Source of the DNA: Fistulifera solaris
Taxonomy: Eukaryota
Direction of reading: 5' to 3'
Assembly: GCA_030295235.1 (NCBI GenBank)
Contig: AP026126.1
Span: 2,046,001 to 2,110,000, forward strand
DNA: 64,000 nucleotides
The notes beneath the pieces were generated by a model that was not told the origin of the DNA, did no database searches, and saw only the letters and a program-made list of their open reading frames with translations. Positions 1 through 11,639 of this stretch are shown here, piece by piece (position 1 is the stretch's first letter; every line of letters begins with the position of its first letter). A program made the position numbers and the translations under genes.

Positions 1-1546
1 GTCTGAATGATGTTTTGTCGCCTTACTGGGACGTTATTCTTCGTACAGCGAAGTTGAACATGGTACGTTGTTCATCATCATACCATGGTAGTGACTTGCC
101 TCTTCTTTGTCTCATAAAACGCTTTAAATGAAGAACGACCTGGTTGAGGCGGACGAACATGTAGTTGTAGAAGAAGTAAGGAGTCAAGCTACAGTTATTG
201 AACTCGTTTGGCGTGAGCGGCTTCCTCTAGGCATGAACTTACTAACAAACGATCCTTCTGGTTTACTAAAAGTGGTGGATTTTCCTCGTGGAAGTCAGGC
301 ACGTTCGGTTTGCGAGAAGCGGAACCTCAATCCTGCTTTGTTTGAGGGGGCGACCATCATTGCTGTGAATGGTACGGAATTCGTAAGCGCTAGTGATGCC
401 TTTGATGCGCTTCGTGAACCAGCACGGCCGAAAACAATCCGCTTTGAACTGGCTGAAAGCGAAGAAGCTGATAAGCTGAGACTATTCGTCGAGGCGTCGA
501 GAACAGAAAAGGTATCCGACGGGTACATTCGGGGGTCACCGCAACGCAATTTAGAATATCGTATTGTTGAATTCATGTCGGATCGTGAACTGGGAATTGA
601 ATTCGGAACTTCGGTGGACAATGCATGCCTTGTCGTGACTTCCTTTCTAGAGAGCCCAGATGGTATTGTTTACGAAGCTGAAAAATCTGGAAAGATTAAA
701 ACCAACGACATCCTTACTCATATAAACGGGATTTTTGTGGCCGGAAAAGAAGGACCTCGAAAGGCTATAACTTTACTTGAGAAGAGCACGACGCAACAAG
801 CCATGACGCTCCAGTTTTCGGACCCGTACATGCACACAGTTTACGCACAAAAAGTGAGCAAAGTTCCAGGAGCTGATTGCAACGGAGGGCCCGACGAGCT
901 TGTACTCGAAGAAGTTTTGCGCAAAGATGGTTCCAAGCGGATAGCTGTCACTGGATTTAAAGAAGTAAGCGGAATGGCCGAAGGTGGCGGTATCATGCTC
1001 GGAGATTATTTAGTTTTTGTGAATGGGTTTCCAGTTGGTGCTGGTTGTCGATGGCTCGGCGTAGAACACAAGCCTGCTCTTGATGACGTTCTTGAGATGC
1101 TGCAAGAAGTATCGGCCTATCCCATGGGTCTCACATTCGCACGACCGAAACAAGGGAGTTCATTGTGGGAAGCCAGCTTTGGTGAGACGCATCTGCTTCA
1201 GGACGACGAAGCTGAAACAATTTGTATAACTGCGGAAAGCAGTGACAGAATTGGTTGTCTTTTCGATCAGGTAGAATCTGGGGATATCATGGTTCGCGAC
1301 TTCCACGGCGTTCCCGGACTTTTTCATCGCGCGTTCGTTTCATGTATTGAGAATGATCTCCAACTTCCTCTGTCAATCGAGTTCTTAAACTATGAGCTTG
1401 TCCCTTCTTATGCTACCGTCGACATTGTCAGAAGTGCTTTGAAGCGCGGTTGGAACTCTGATAGCAGCGTCACTATGCAAGTTTGCAACGACCGCGTGAA
1501 AGATTGGTTGTACTCCTCTGGCGAAGAAGGGAGCACGCAACGGTAA
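1..1546 (+). CDS. 3' part of a multi-PDZ-like domain protein, truncated by the window edge; probable intron 63-133
   Basis: Open frame 3-62 (LNDVLSPYWDVILRTAKLNM), GTACGT donor at 63 and AAG acceptor at 133 join in frame to the 472 aa ORF. Repeated PDZ-like segments: LGMNL...IIAVNG, LGIEF...DILTHING, GDYLVFVNG. Confidence 0.6.
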
Positions 1547-2202
1547 GGGAATGCAACTATGAGTGCAACGTTCTAAAGGGAACCGATAAATCGATCTAGT
1601 TTTTATAAACTGCGGAGACCGTAGTCTAGAGGCTCTAGACTTTAGATAACTGATGTTAAAGTATTGATTTTGAGTGCTCTACATAGTTCGGTCGGTTGTT
1701 GGCATTCTTGATTCTTGCATTATGCGAGTTCATGTGGGACTGTCGCTCCCATGTATTTCACTCTAGATTAGATTGTACGGATTCAGTTTCATTCCGAAAT
1801 GTTGTGCATTACTGACTGTATTACTGCCGAATCAATACCCGTTCTGCTAAATAGCAAACGGCTGAAAAGGCCCAAGGAAAGCATATCGTATATCGAATAT
1901 CGAATTAGATCATAGTCACAATTTCAATTTTCTTTAAGTCTTTGGTAGTCAATTACTTGGAGGCCGTATAGAACAATTACTTGTTTCATACATAGATTTC
2001 ATTTTTCCCAATGCCTTAAGTAATCAACAGTTTGATTGTCGTAGCTGATGTCGTGTGTCTAAGTAGAAATTTTGACGCATGTCGGTCTTCACCAATTCGA
2101 AATCAATACATCGCCAAATTAACCGCAAGAAAAGAACATCATCCTATTGAAACAAAGCATGGGCAAACGGTTGCACATGCTATCTCCATCGAAGAGGACA
2201 CG

Positions 2203-4250
2203 ATGAAAGACTCCAGTTTTTTCGAAAGGGGTAGTTTATCGTCCGGAAGCACTCGACCCGGAAAGCGCGCTTTGAGTCATAACCAACATTCAACTTCAAT
2301 TGACGACACGAGGCAAGAGCCTTTTCACGCACGGAGAACCATTGCCTCGGGGCCAAGAGAAGCTGTCTCTTTAAGTGTACCATTCAATAAATTGTCGCCG
2401 CGAGTAGATATTCTGGATACAGGAGATATACAAGATGATGGCGGAACAGAACAGGCTCTTGTAATGAATTGTGCTTCGCTCAATACATTTGTTGAGGGAA
2501 TGAGAAGTCCTCTTTACAGCCAAAGTGCCAGTTCAACAAAGAGAAGAGGCACTAAAGTAAAGCAGGAAAAGGTACGGACTGGCCATAGAAAGGCGAAAAA
2601 TAGCTGTTCAGGAAGTCAGAAGGCTCAACGCAAATCAAGGAAAAAATTGTCACCAGAGCTGATGGCATCCTTAGCTGATGTTGATGATGATTTGTCTCCA
2701 GTCGAAGACATATCTACAGATAATATTATTATGGAAGAGCAGGATCAAAATCACTCTGTATATCACGAAACTCTCCTTGTGGACACTTCACGCTCTTCGT
2801 CGGAACAAATACCATTACCTGCTGAATCACCGCGGTTCAGTGATTTCATCTCTGGGAATTTTTCACAATTGCGAGGGATCTCCTCTCAGAAGTTCGATTT
2901 TTCAATAATACAGCAAACTATTGAGTCAGTCCAAGAGACCTCCCGGGCAATAACTACACCTCTGGTGACGAAATCAAATGAAATATCTGACTTGTTTGCG
3001 AGAAATTTTGATCGGTGTCGATGTGATGACGATCGGAAAGAATCACAAGCAGTGGAGAGTTGTCCATCCGATGAAATGACTCCTCATACACAAAACAGCG
3101 ACGACAGCTCGTATAATGAGCCACTCCAGTTTATTAGCAGCCAACAAACAAGCCATGCCGCGCGAGAAGAGCCTTGCAGATCCATCAAAGAACTTATTGA
3201 AGAAAGTTACTTCCAACACGTGATTGGCGAAGGTCTCTCTTACATTGAGGAAGAGACACCCTCTGGTATTAGAGGGGAAATGTCTGGCGATGAGGAATCG
3301 CTTTCGGCGTCATCTTCTTCACCAGCGAATACCGAGTGGACTCCTCTACACCACGAGGCACGAGAGGATGAACAATTACAGATATCATTCGACGACGGCT
3401 CTGTCACTCCTGATCGCGAACTACTTGCAAACAAGATCAAAGATCCTGGTAGCATCCCGTCAAGGGTAATAGACATGAATCAAACAAATGACGCGGAGGA
3501 CAATTTAGTGACATCGTGCATGAGTGATGAGCTCTCCATTGCATTTTCGTTGGACGACGAGGAATTCAAAGAGTCTGCTTCTACGAAGTTATCCTTGGAC
3601 TTTGTGGAAGATCGGGACTTAAGAACCGTACTACACTTGACGCTGGAAGGTAGTAACGCCGATCTTTTGTTTCCTTCCTTGTCTAAAGTGAGGTCGGAGA
3701 CACCAACGAATTTAAGAATAGGGGAGAGTGGTTCATCAGATGACGGTCTGGAATATGAGATCGAAAATCTTGAGGCTCTTACCACAGACATTCAGCAAGA
3801 GATTGAGACTGCCGATCAGTTTGCTTCATTTCAGAGGAACCCAACGTCGCACATTCGACCAGCTCCTTTGCGAAGAGTGGACCCTTTTTCAGAATGCCTT
3901 CTCCTTCCGAAGCCTCATCCATGGATAGCAGCTACAGTGATGCCACTTCAGTTAGTCAATTCTCGCCTTCTTCGGTGGGACGAACGCCTGCTGCTGGACG
4001 AAGAGTCCATTTTTCTACGGAGAATGAAGAATATATTTTCGTCACAGAATCTCGCAGCACCGACAGCACCCGAAATGTGACCAACTTCCTGGATGACTTT
4101 TTGGTCGCTGTCGAAGACCTTATGGAAGATATGACGATGACGTGTGCTCGTGCCGTCGAACACCACAGACCCTCGAATGTGGAGAGTGTAATTGGAAGAG
4201 CGAAGACGGTGGATCCGCAACCCACCTCACGCACCACCGTCCAAGAATAA
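2203..4250 (+). CDS. Long Ser/Asp/Glu-rich disordered hypothetical protein; apparent frameshift near 3885
   Basis: ORF 2032-4080 (first ATG 2203) overlaps ORF 3894-4250, which carries the more protein-like C-terminus (RRVHF, an RVxF-like motif). A T-run lies at the junction. Confidence 0.5.
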
Positions 4251-4347
4251 AAAGGATGAAATCGGTCAAACGGCTTGAATTGTCACTTCATAGATTATAA
4301 ACACTTAATTTAGCCGCGCGACACAAGAATCCTATGAGTAAACAATG

Positions 4348-5750
4348 CTAAATTTCTCTGGGTCGTTGGTTGGGTTGATTCTCAGATGCTAATGCGGGAG
4401 TCGTCGAGGATTGTTTTTGTCGTCGTGGATCATTCGTACTATCATTCTGCTGACTTTGTTCTCGCTGCAATAGTTCTTCGCGCTTCGCAAATGATTCGAC
4501 CGTGGCTTGCTCAAACCACTGCAACATGAGTCGATGGGGGTGACGGTGCGGAAAATGTTGCTGTGAGAGCTGCGCCCACCCTATAGTAAGATGCTCCTCC
4601 ATGATTTGCAGTAATTTCTCTTTTCAGCAGATGTAAAAGGCTTCGTCGTGTACTGTTCCGGATTGAGAGTCCGATTCCATTTGTCGGAGACGCTTTTGGT
4701 ATTTCGTGGGAAATGAGACGACGCTCGATATAATGTCAGCGAGGAATGGTTTTGGCGTGCACAAGGCTCTATTTCTCGATCGACTCGGTTGTCATCGTCA
4801 CTATCGGCATTGGCAGCTAACGTGTTGTTCTCGCGAGTTGCACCGTTATCGTCGTCACCACTCGCAGCGACTGTTCTCTGTCGTGATGGCACAGGCTCGT
4901 GGTAGAATTTCATCAAAAGAACTAGTTTCCGTTCTTCTTCCAGAGTCCAAAAATCATGTACAAAATTGGGATTGAGCAAAGATTGATGAATGCGATTGAA
5001 AAATTGCTGCCTGGTTTTATGCGGAAAGAATTGAGCAGTCATTCGTACAAAGGAATCGATATCCCAAACGTGCTGCGGTCCAGCTGCAGCTATGTATTTC
5101 AAAAGTAACTCATCTTGTGGTAACTTCCACGGATGATTGGCTGGCGGATTGGTTTTTAAATTTGCGACAAGCTGCTTCCAGGGAGAATCGACAATAGTAG
5201 GATCATGGCGCGCATATTGAATACGACATTCCACAGAAGTTCGCCGTGGTTCGTTGGGTACTCGCATGTGCAAAGCTACGGCGATATGATTCCAGTCGGT
5301 CGAACTACTAGGCTGTTCGTTAGCGGTCACTACTGCTTGCAATGCTTGATCTTGTGAAGACGACCAGGGCGGTTGCGTGTGATAGAAAAACGTGGATGTT
5401 TCCAATTGCTGTCGTCGACGTATGGTATCGGGATTGGGTGCCGGTTGTGATTGACGCAAGTCGGAAAAGAAACGTTCTTGTCGTTTGCCGTAAAGATTTG
5501 TCGCTGAAGAAGGAACAGTGTTATCTTCTGTCTGGTGATTCCTCCTCTTACGAGACTTGACAGGCTTAGCAATGTTTTGCTCCTGTTGTTGATGTTTATG
5601 CTGTCGTCGTAATTGTTGAGTATAATATAAAGCCCAGGAACGATTGTTTGCCTTGTGTTGAGCCAGAATACGCAATTCCTCGCGAATCTTTCCTTGCAGC
5701 GTTTGATTCGCTTCTAAAAGATTTTGCCGTTCTACTTCCCCTGATTTCAT
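4348..5750 (-). CDS. Multi-Myb/SANT repeat protein, SNAPC4-like; frameshift near 4620
   Basis: Myb-like repeats WSSSQDQAL...DWNHIA...RTSVEC, WKLPQDELL, WTLEEERKL and FTSAE. The last repeat continues in ORF 4348-4602 (GWAQLSQQHFPHR). The true start may lie in an upstream exon. Confidence 0.6.
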
Positions 5751-5899
5751 CTCCGCCTTTACCTAGGTTTTGACAGCGTTGCGGAATGTGCTATCGACAC
5801 AACAATGTTATGAATCGTAAAATAAAATAGATGCGAAACAGAATTCTCCGTTATGATGATTATTACAAATTAAAGCGGCCGCAAAATAATCTTCCCATT

Positions 5900-6182
5900 C
5901 TCGTGACTGCAATTCAGTCTTGCAATACCACACTTTGATCTAGAGTAAAATTGCAAAGGAAACGAGAAGAGGCGCTTTCAGAGACTTCAATGATTAAGAA
6001 AGCTGATCATTGCAAATGTCATTGATCATGACTTCTACCAGATACCAGCGCTGATAGCCGAACATACGATTGCGGGGGAAAATACTTGTATTGTTCCGAG
6101 AATGTGAGATACGCACAAACGAGCGATTTTTTGCCTCGTGACTGCAATTCAGTCTTGAAGAACGGTCGCGTACACTTTGATC
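5900..6182. repeat. Imperfect direct repeat in a divergent promoter (CTCGTGACTGCAATTCAGTCTTG...ACACTTTGATC)
   Basis: The 23-mer occurs at 5900 and at 6135, each followed by ACACTTTGATC. Confidence 0.75.
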
Positions 6183-6476
6183 GACAGCGAAACGCTGGTG
6201 AGGTTTATTCGCATTGATTTAATTGTAACTATGAAGCTGATCGCATTCCGAATGAATAAGTAATGATCATTATTTCGATACCTTTTCTTTGTTAGTCGAT
6301 GTATTGATCGAGCGCGAGACATCGCCGGAGCGTTTAGGTTTAGGGGTGTCTAGAGTTCTTTGCCCGACTTCGAAACGACGAACGAATCATCATCTTTTGC
6401 AATTCACATTCCCGTATCAATCATCCATCAGCCGCTGTTTCAATAGCATAGCAACAAAGCTATCAACTTCATTGAA

Positions 6477-8004
6477 ATGAAAGTAACTCGCTTTCTAGGT
6501 CGTCTACGACGCACAATCGCACCGCAGCAGAGATGCGCTTGTTTTTCGAACGCAGCGACAACACCTCCATCCGTATCCATCGCACCCGATGGACTGTCTC
6601 TGCATCTATCTTTTCCTTCATCTTCCTTGTTGAAGAAAACAAAAGCTAGAAGACCTGCCGTTATTGCAGCGCCCTGGCTGTTTCATCAACATCCTAGTAC
6701 TATTCATCCTTCTTCAGGACAGCATTTACGACCGTTGGTACATGCACATCAATACAAACTGCGACATGCACAAATTATTCAACGAAGGCATGATGCTCAT
6801 CCACTTCTGCCACCCTTGGGTTGTTTTCATTCTGTAGGGTCTGTGTACTCGAATCAGACGGATACTCCTACAAGGGATTCGGACTGTTCCAGCAATATAT
6901 CGTCATCGGAATGGATCCTTCAAGTCGATTGGGAAGGGCCTCAACCACTCCAAACGGCGTTTTATGACATCGGATGGTTGCGGCAGTGTCATTCAATGAA
7001 CTTGCATGATAATGACGATTCCAATTTTCTAGCAAGTAAAACAGTTCTCACGCATCAGACACAACTGCTTTCTGTCGACTATGAAGAAGTCATACAACAC
7101 GACGACAATTTGTTTCATCTTTTAAAATCGCTATTAAAGTATGGAGCTGTACTAGTTGAAAACGCGCCCGATACGGACACGGCCTGTGCCAATATGGGCA
7201 AACGACTCAGTGGAGGCACATTGTCACATGGATCCTTGTATGGAGATGTGTTCCACGTCCAATCAATACCCAATGCCCACAATATTGCCTACACCAACGA
7301 TGCTCTTCCCGTACATCAAGATTTAGCGTATTATGAATCACCACCGGGCTTTCAGCTGTTACATTGTCGCACTAATACCGTGACAGACGGCGGGGCATCG
7401 CTTCTGATCGATGCCATGGCGGCCGCGGAAACATTGGCTAATCTAGCACCGGATCTGTTTACTATATTGACTCGTGTACCGGCTACTTTTTTTGAAACAA
7501 CGTTCCGGGGCGGATATGATGTACCGTCGTACCCATATTCGTGTGTCAGAACAAGATCACACGGAAATATTGTCGGTGCACTGGGCTCCTCCCTTTGAAG
7601 GGCCATTGTTTTCGTCTTCTGTACAAGACACTCGCGATTACTTTGTGGCTCGTGCGGCCTTTGAACGCATGCTGGATGCTTTGCTACCACGCCAGGAACG
7701 ATACTTGTCAATGCTGGATATGCAATTGGAACAAGAATTGATCGATTACGCTCAGAACTATACATGGCAACAAACCTTACGACCCAAGCAAATTTTGGTG
7801 TTTTCCAATCAACGACTCTTGCATGGTCGAACCGCTTTTCGTATTGATACAGCGCATGGGGGTAACCGTCACTTGACGGGATGCTATACAAATGTAGACG
7901 AGACATTGCAGCAATTTCGTTTATTACGAAGACAGCGATTGCGAGACGCACAAGACCTTGAAACGTTACCGATGATGGGGCATGGTAGTCATCCAATTCC
8001 GTAA
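6477..8004 (+). CDS. Gamma-butyrobetaine dioxygenase-like / TauD family Fe(II)-2OG dioxygenase; frameshift near 7490
   Basis: Motifs NIAYT...LPVHQDLAYYESPPGFQLLHC, FSNQRLLHGRTAF and RHLTGCY. ORFs 6477-7598 and 7474-8004 join at a T-run. The N-terminus resembles a mitochondrial presequence. Confidence 0.85.
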
Positions 8005-8115
8005 TCGAAAGTGTACAGAAATATAGAAATAGATTTAATAGTTGTGTACTAATTTGCCTAGCGGTAGAAGCGCAATCCTCTTGTTCCTTCTCTACAAAGT
8101 ACTTATTTGTTTCAT

Positions 8116-8736
8116 TTACAAATCCGGCACATCGACTAAAGCATCAAAGAAGTCTTGTACCAAATCATTCATTTTCTGTGCAACTAGAACAAATCCAGTG
8201 GCATCTTTTGCACTAACAGGCACATCTGCTGCTTGTGCATATTGTCGCAATTTGTCGGCATCTTGTAAGGCTCTTTGTTTCATGTCGGCACTTTGGATGG
8301 TACTAGCTACCACTTTCATATCATCTCCAGCGAGTGAATAGATTTGTCGCAAGAATTTTCCGACATTATCCCATTCGGTGGAATCCATTTCACTGGAATT
8401 TTCTTGTACTCGTTTTGTTACCTTTTTCAAATCACGTTTCAACCGAATACATCGATTGAATTGAGCGACACCTTGGGGTAATTCGGTACCGGAATAGACA
8501 TCGGCACGTGCGATACTCGGCTGTTGTGTAATCACCGCCGTCGTAGTTAATGCTGCTGTGAATATTCCTTGTAAGAATCTTTGTCGATTCATTGTTGTTG
8601 TGGAAACTGATGCCGATGATTCATAGACGGCGGAACGAGAACGAAGGGCATCGGAAGATGTGACACGAGAAGTGACCCAGGACATCGTTGCCGTTGGCAG
8701 CGTCACGAGAATCAATAGATAAGCGGAAACTCGCAT
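8116..8736 (-). CDS. Plastid thylakoid-lumen protein, possibly PsbQ-like helical bundle
   Basis: Signal peptide, then transit region, then Tat-like NRQRFL, a hydrophobic stretch and an ARA cleavage site, followed by an amphipathic helical mature domain. Confidence 0.55.
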   Translation of the reverse strand: MRVSAYLLILVTLPTATMSWVTSRVTSSDALRSRSAVYESSASVSTTTMNRQRFLQGIFTAALTTTAVITQQPSIARADVYSGTELPQGVAQFNRCIRLKRDLKKVTKRVQENSSEMDSTEWDNVGKFLRQIYSLAGDDMKVVASTIQSADMKQRALQDADKLRQYAQAADVPVSAKDATGFVLVAQKMNDLVQDFFDALVDVPDL

Positions 8737-9152
8737 GTTGAATACAGGAAAAAGAAAATACTGGTGGGTTTTTGATTGTTTATTCGTAATGCGTACCAGC
8801 TACAGCTACCAGGTAATGCTTTATTTTGACTTTTGACCTTGTTGCTCATCGTTGTGATTATTATTTTTTTGGTTGTTGATTTTGCTTTCCGCGTTTCGAG
8901 TCAGAATCTGACGCATGCCCGCAATTGCAAATCTGAGTACCGCAGTGACAAGATTCCGAAACGCTCAAGAGAACGTGAAACACAATCAGTTCCAACCAAT
9001 AAGTACTACAGACACGGAAAGATGAACATTACCAACAACAATCTACGGCTGCATTGAACTGCTATTCGCTTTCTTTTCATTACACCGCTACATTCAACAG
9101 GCCATCGATTAATCGTCACTCGACGAGTCTTCGTCGTCGTCCGAATCACTCT

Positions 9153-10243
9153 CTATTTGCATCCCGCACTAGCCCGAGTGTCTACGCCGGTCACGGGATT
9201 CGTGCCTTGTAACGTCGGATTCTTACACAAGGATCGACTATCGAAATCGCCCATGTACGCGTCGGAAAAGTCGGTATTCTCCAAATTACTTTCTTCAAAA
9301 CTCGTACCCGTCAAGACGGTATTGACAAACAAGGCACCACGTAATGATGAGCCTCGGAAACTCGCGCGATCAACTTAAATGGAAGCGATTTGTGATCTTT
9401 GAGTGAAGACTCGATTGCTTGTGCGACGAGGAGCTTAATGTTCTCGGTACGTACCAATGGCGTTGGAAAAGTCGGAATCATCAAATATGCTGTCTGAAGT
9501 AGAGGTGCAACAGCGGAAACAAGAGAGAGTGAGAGACCATCGTTGAAACATGTTTTGCCTGAGAGCGACGCGAGGACTCAATAATCCATTTATCTTAACT
9601 GCGACCACAGCAACTTACCATGTAGATAAGCTTTACTGAATTGCGCATCTTGAAAATTGGATTTTCGCAAATCCGTTTTCGTAGTAATAACACCCGACAA
9701 ATCATAGCCTACCGCCTTTTGTTGAGGAATGGTGCACGCTCGCAAATCGTACAGTTTGTCGCGTGCCGCGTTGGCTTGTCCGATACTCGATGATTTCAAA
9801 ACACAGCGGTTGGGGTCCGAATAATCAATGGGTGGGAGTTTGAATTTGGAAGTTTGACCTGTAGATTGTACATATCACACAGGAACGGAAAAAGACGTGG
9901 AATTTAGAAAGACAGACAAACACAAGCAAAACAACAATCAACGCACTGCGTTGATGTTATTTGATGATTTTGACTCACCATCTGCTAGGGCCGCGCCCGA
10001 AAAGAGGCTCCATGCGAGAAAAGCCGATGCCGTTGCAACAGAAAGAACGTTCGGATTGTTTTTCTGTAGTGAATTGTTGTTGCTGGCACTGCCATTATTC
10101 TCTCTGACGGAAAGACCCACAATGGTCGATTTGGCTTGACTAATGGGCTTGGTGGTCAAAGGAGTCGTAAAAGATTCGACTGAGTGACTGCTCGAAAGAA
10201 GGATCGTCACAGTCATCATGAAAACACGATGAAGGCAAGTCAT
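9153..10243 (-). CDS. Thylakoid lumenal pentapeptide-repeat protein (TL17-like), about 4 exons
   Basis: Signal peptide ending ES-F and lumen signal ending ALA-D. Spliced exons read KFKLPPIDYSDPNRC...IGQANAARDKLYDLRAC...FSKAY / DSIFDDSDFSNAI / VDRASFRGSSLRGALFVNTVLTGTSFEESNLENTDFSDAY...LCKNPTL...TRASAGCK-stop. Confidence 0.8.
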
Positions 10244-10867
10244 GATGGCGTTTTTGTTCGGTTTCTAAATTTCAAGGAAGGGGGTAATGAAAACGTTTCG
10301 TAGCAGTACGAAGAAGTTATATTATTTGTATTATGTAACGACAGTCAAAAGGTCAAAGGCACTGGTATGAATGATTGCGATGATCTGGCAAGAAATCAAT
10401 TTTCGTGGATCGGTCGGTTTGCGATCTATTTTTTGTGTGTTGGATAATTAAAAGTGACGTAGGCCAAATGAATCCGTGATTGATTTCCAGTCACGCCAAT
10501 GTGAACCTACGACGCGACGACTACCTGGTACTCACTCCTCCGACCTCTACCAGCAGCAGTACTTGGTAGTTTCTCAATAAAAATCTGTAGAAGGAGAATA
10601 AAGTGAATATTGCACGGGGTCGAACACTATTCGTACTTCAGTATTGCTATTTGATTGATAATGCTAACGAAATATGAAAACAGGTGGGAATTTCCGCTGC
10701 AAGATCTCTCTCTCCGACACCGTCCAAGACGAACTTTGCATCTCCTTCGTTGCTTCTGTACTTTTTTCCTCTTTCCCACTGTATCCGCTTTTCGTTTGAC
10801 TCTATCGCGCGAAATATTTTCTCATTTACCGGCCCTTATTATCATTAACAGCAGAGTCTTTTTTGAA

Positions 10868-11326
10868 ATGAAATGCCGCTCGAATCGATCTCTCCTTTTC
10901 CTACGGATCATCCTCATTACGATGAGTTGCATTTTTATGACTACAAAAGCGAACGTGATAGAACCACAACTCAAACCTCGATTGGTGCTACAACCCTTGA
11001 TCGGCGGACCATCTTGGCTAAAATTACATGTTCAAGTACATCTCGTGGAGAACCTTGACAACAGCAACGACAACAGCAGAAACCAAATACGTCACAAATT
11101 TGATTTCGTTCCTCTTCAAGCCACGGAACCCCAAACACTCATTCAACTACTAACACTACAGTCGGTCCCGGGAGAGATACGGACCTTTCAGTCGACGCAT
11201 CCACCTAGTTTGCAGTTTTGTCAACAATATGACAAAGAGGAATTGCATTTGATTTTCAACAATTGCTGGACATTTGCTGCGAAATTGTACTGGTATTTGC
11301 GGCAACAACAAGAGGAGAAGAGATGA
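10868..11326 (+). CDS. Small N-terminally hydrophobic protein with possible permuted papain-like (PPPDE/LRAT-like) motifs
   Basis: ATG at 10868, a hydrophobic segment, then LHVQV, FDFVP and LHLIFNNCWTFA. Confidence 0.45.
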   Translation: MKCRSNRSLLFLRIILITMSCIFMTTKANVIEPQLKPRLVLQPLIGGPSWLKLHVQVHLVENLDNSNDNSRNQIRHKFDFVPLQATEPQTLIQLLTLQSVPGEIRTFQSTHPPSLQFCQQYDKEELHLIFNNCWTFAAKLYWYLRQQQEEKR

Positions 11327-11639
11327 CATCGGAAGCCATTGAAACGCAAAACAATAAACACATCTGTTGAAAAACAACACACTTAAAGCGAATTTTGATC
11401 AGATGTGCAAACAAATTCTGTGATCAAATCCGTTGTTGCAGGAAGTCGCGGCGCCTATTTATAAGATACTTTCCGCCACATCACCCAAAGACAGCCTCAA
11501 AATTACAAAGTCAAAGAAATTTGTTGTGGATTCATTTTGTTATTGCTTAGATTCTGCAAGCATTCGCAATCAACTTTCAAAGGGTGAATCGACTCTTTAG
11601 ACAAAATAATCTTTGTCTATCGACTTCCCCATTCACAAT

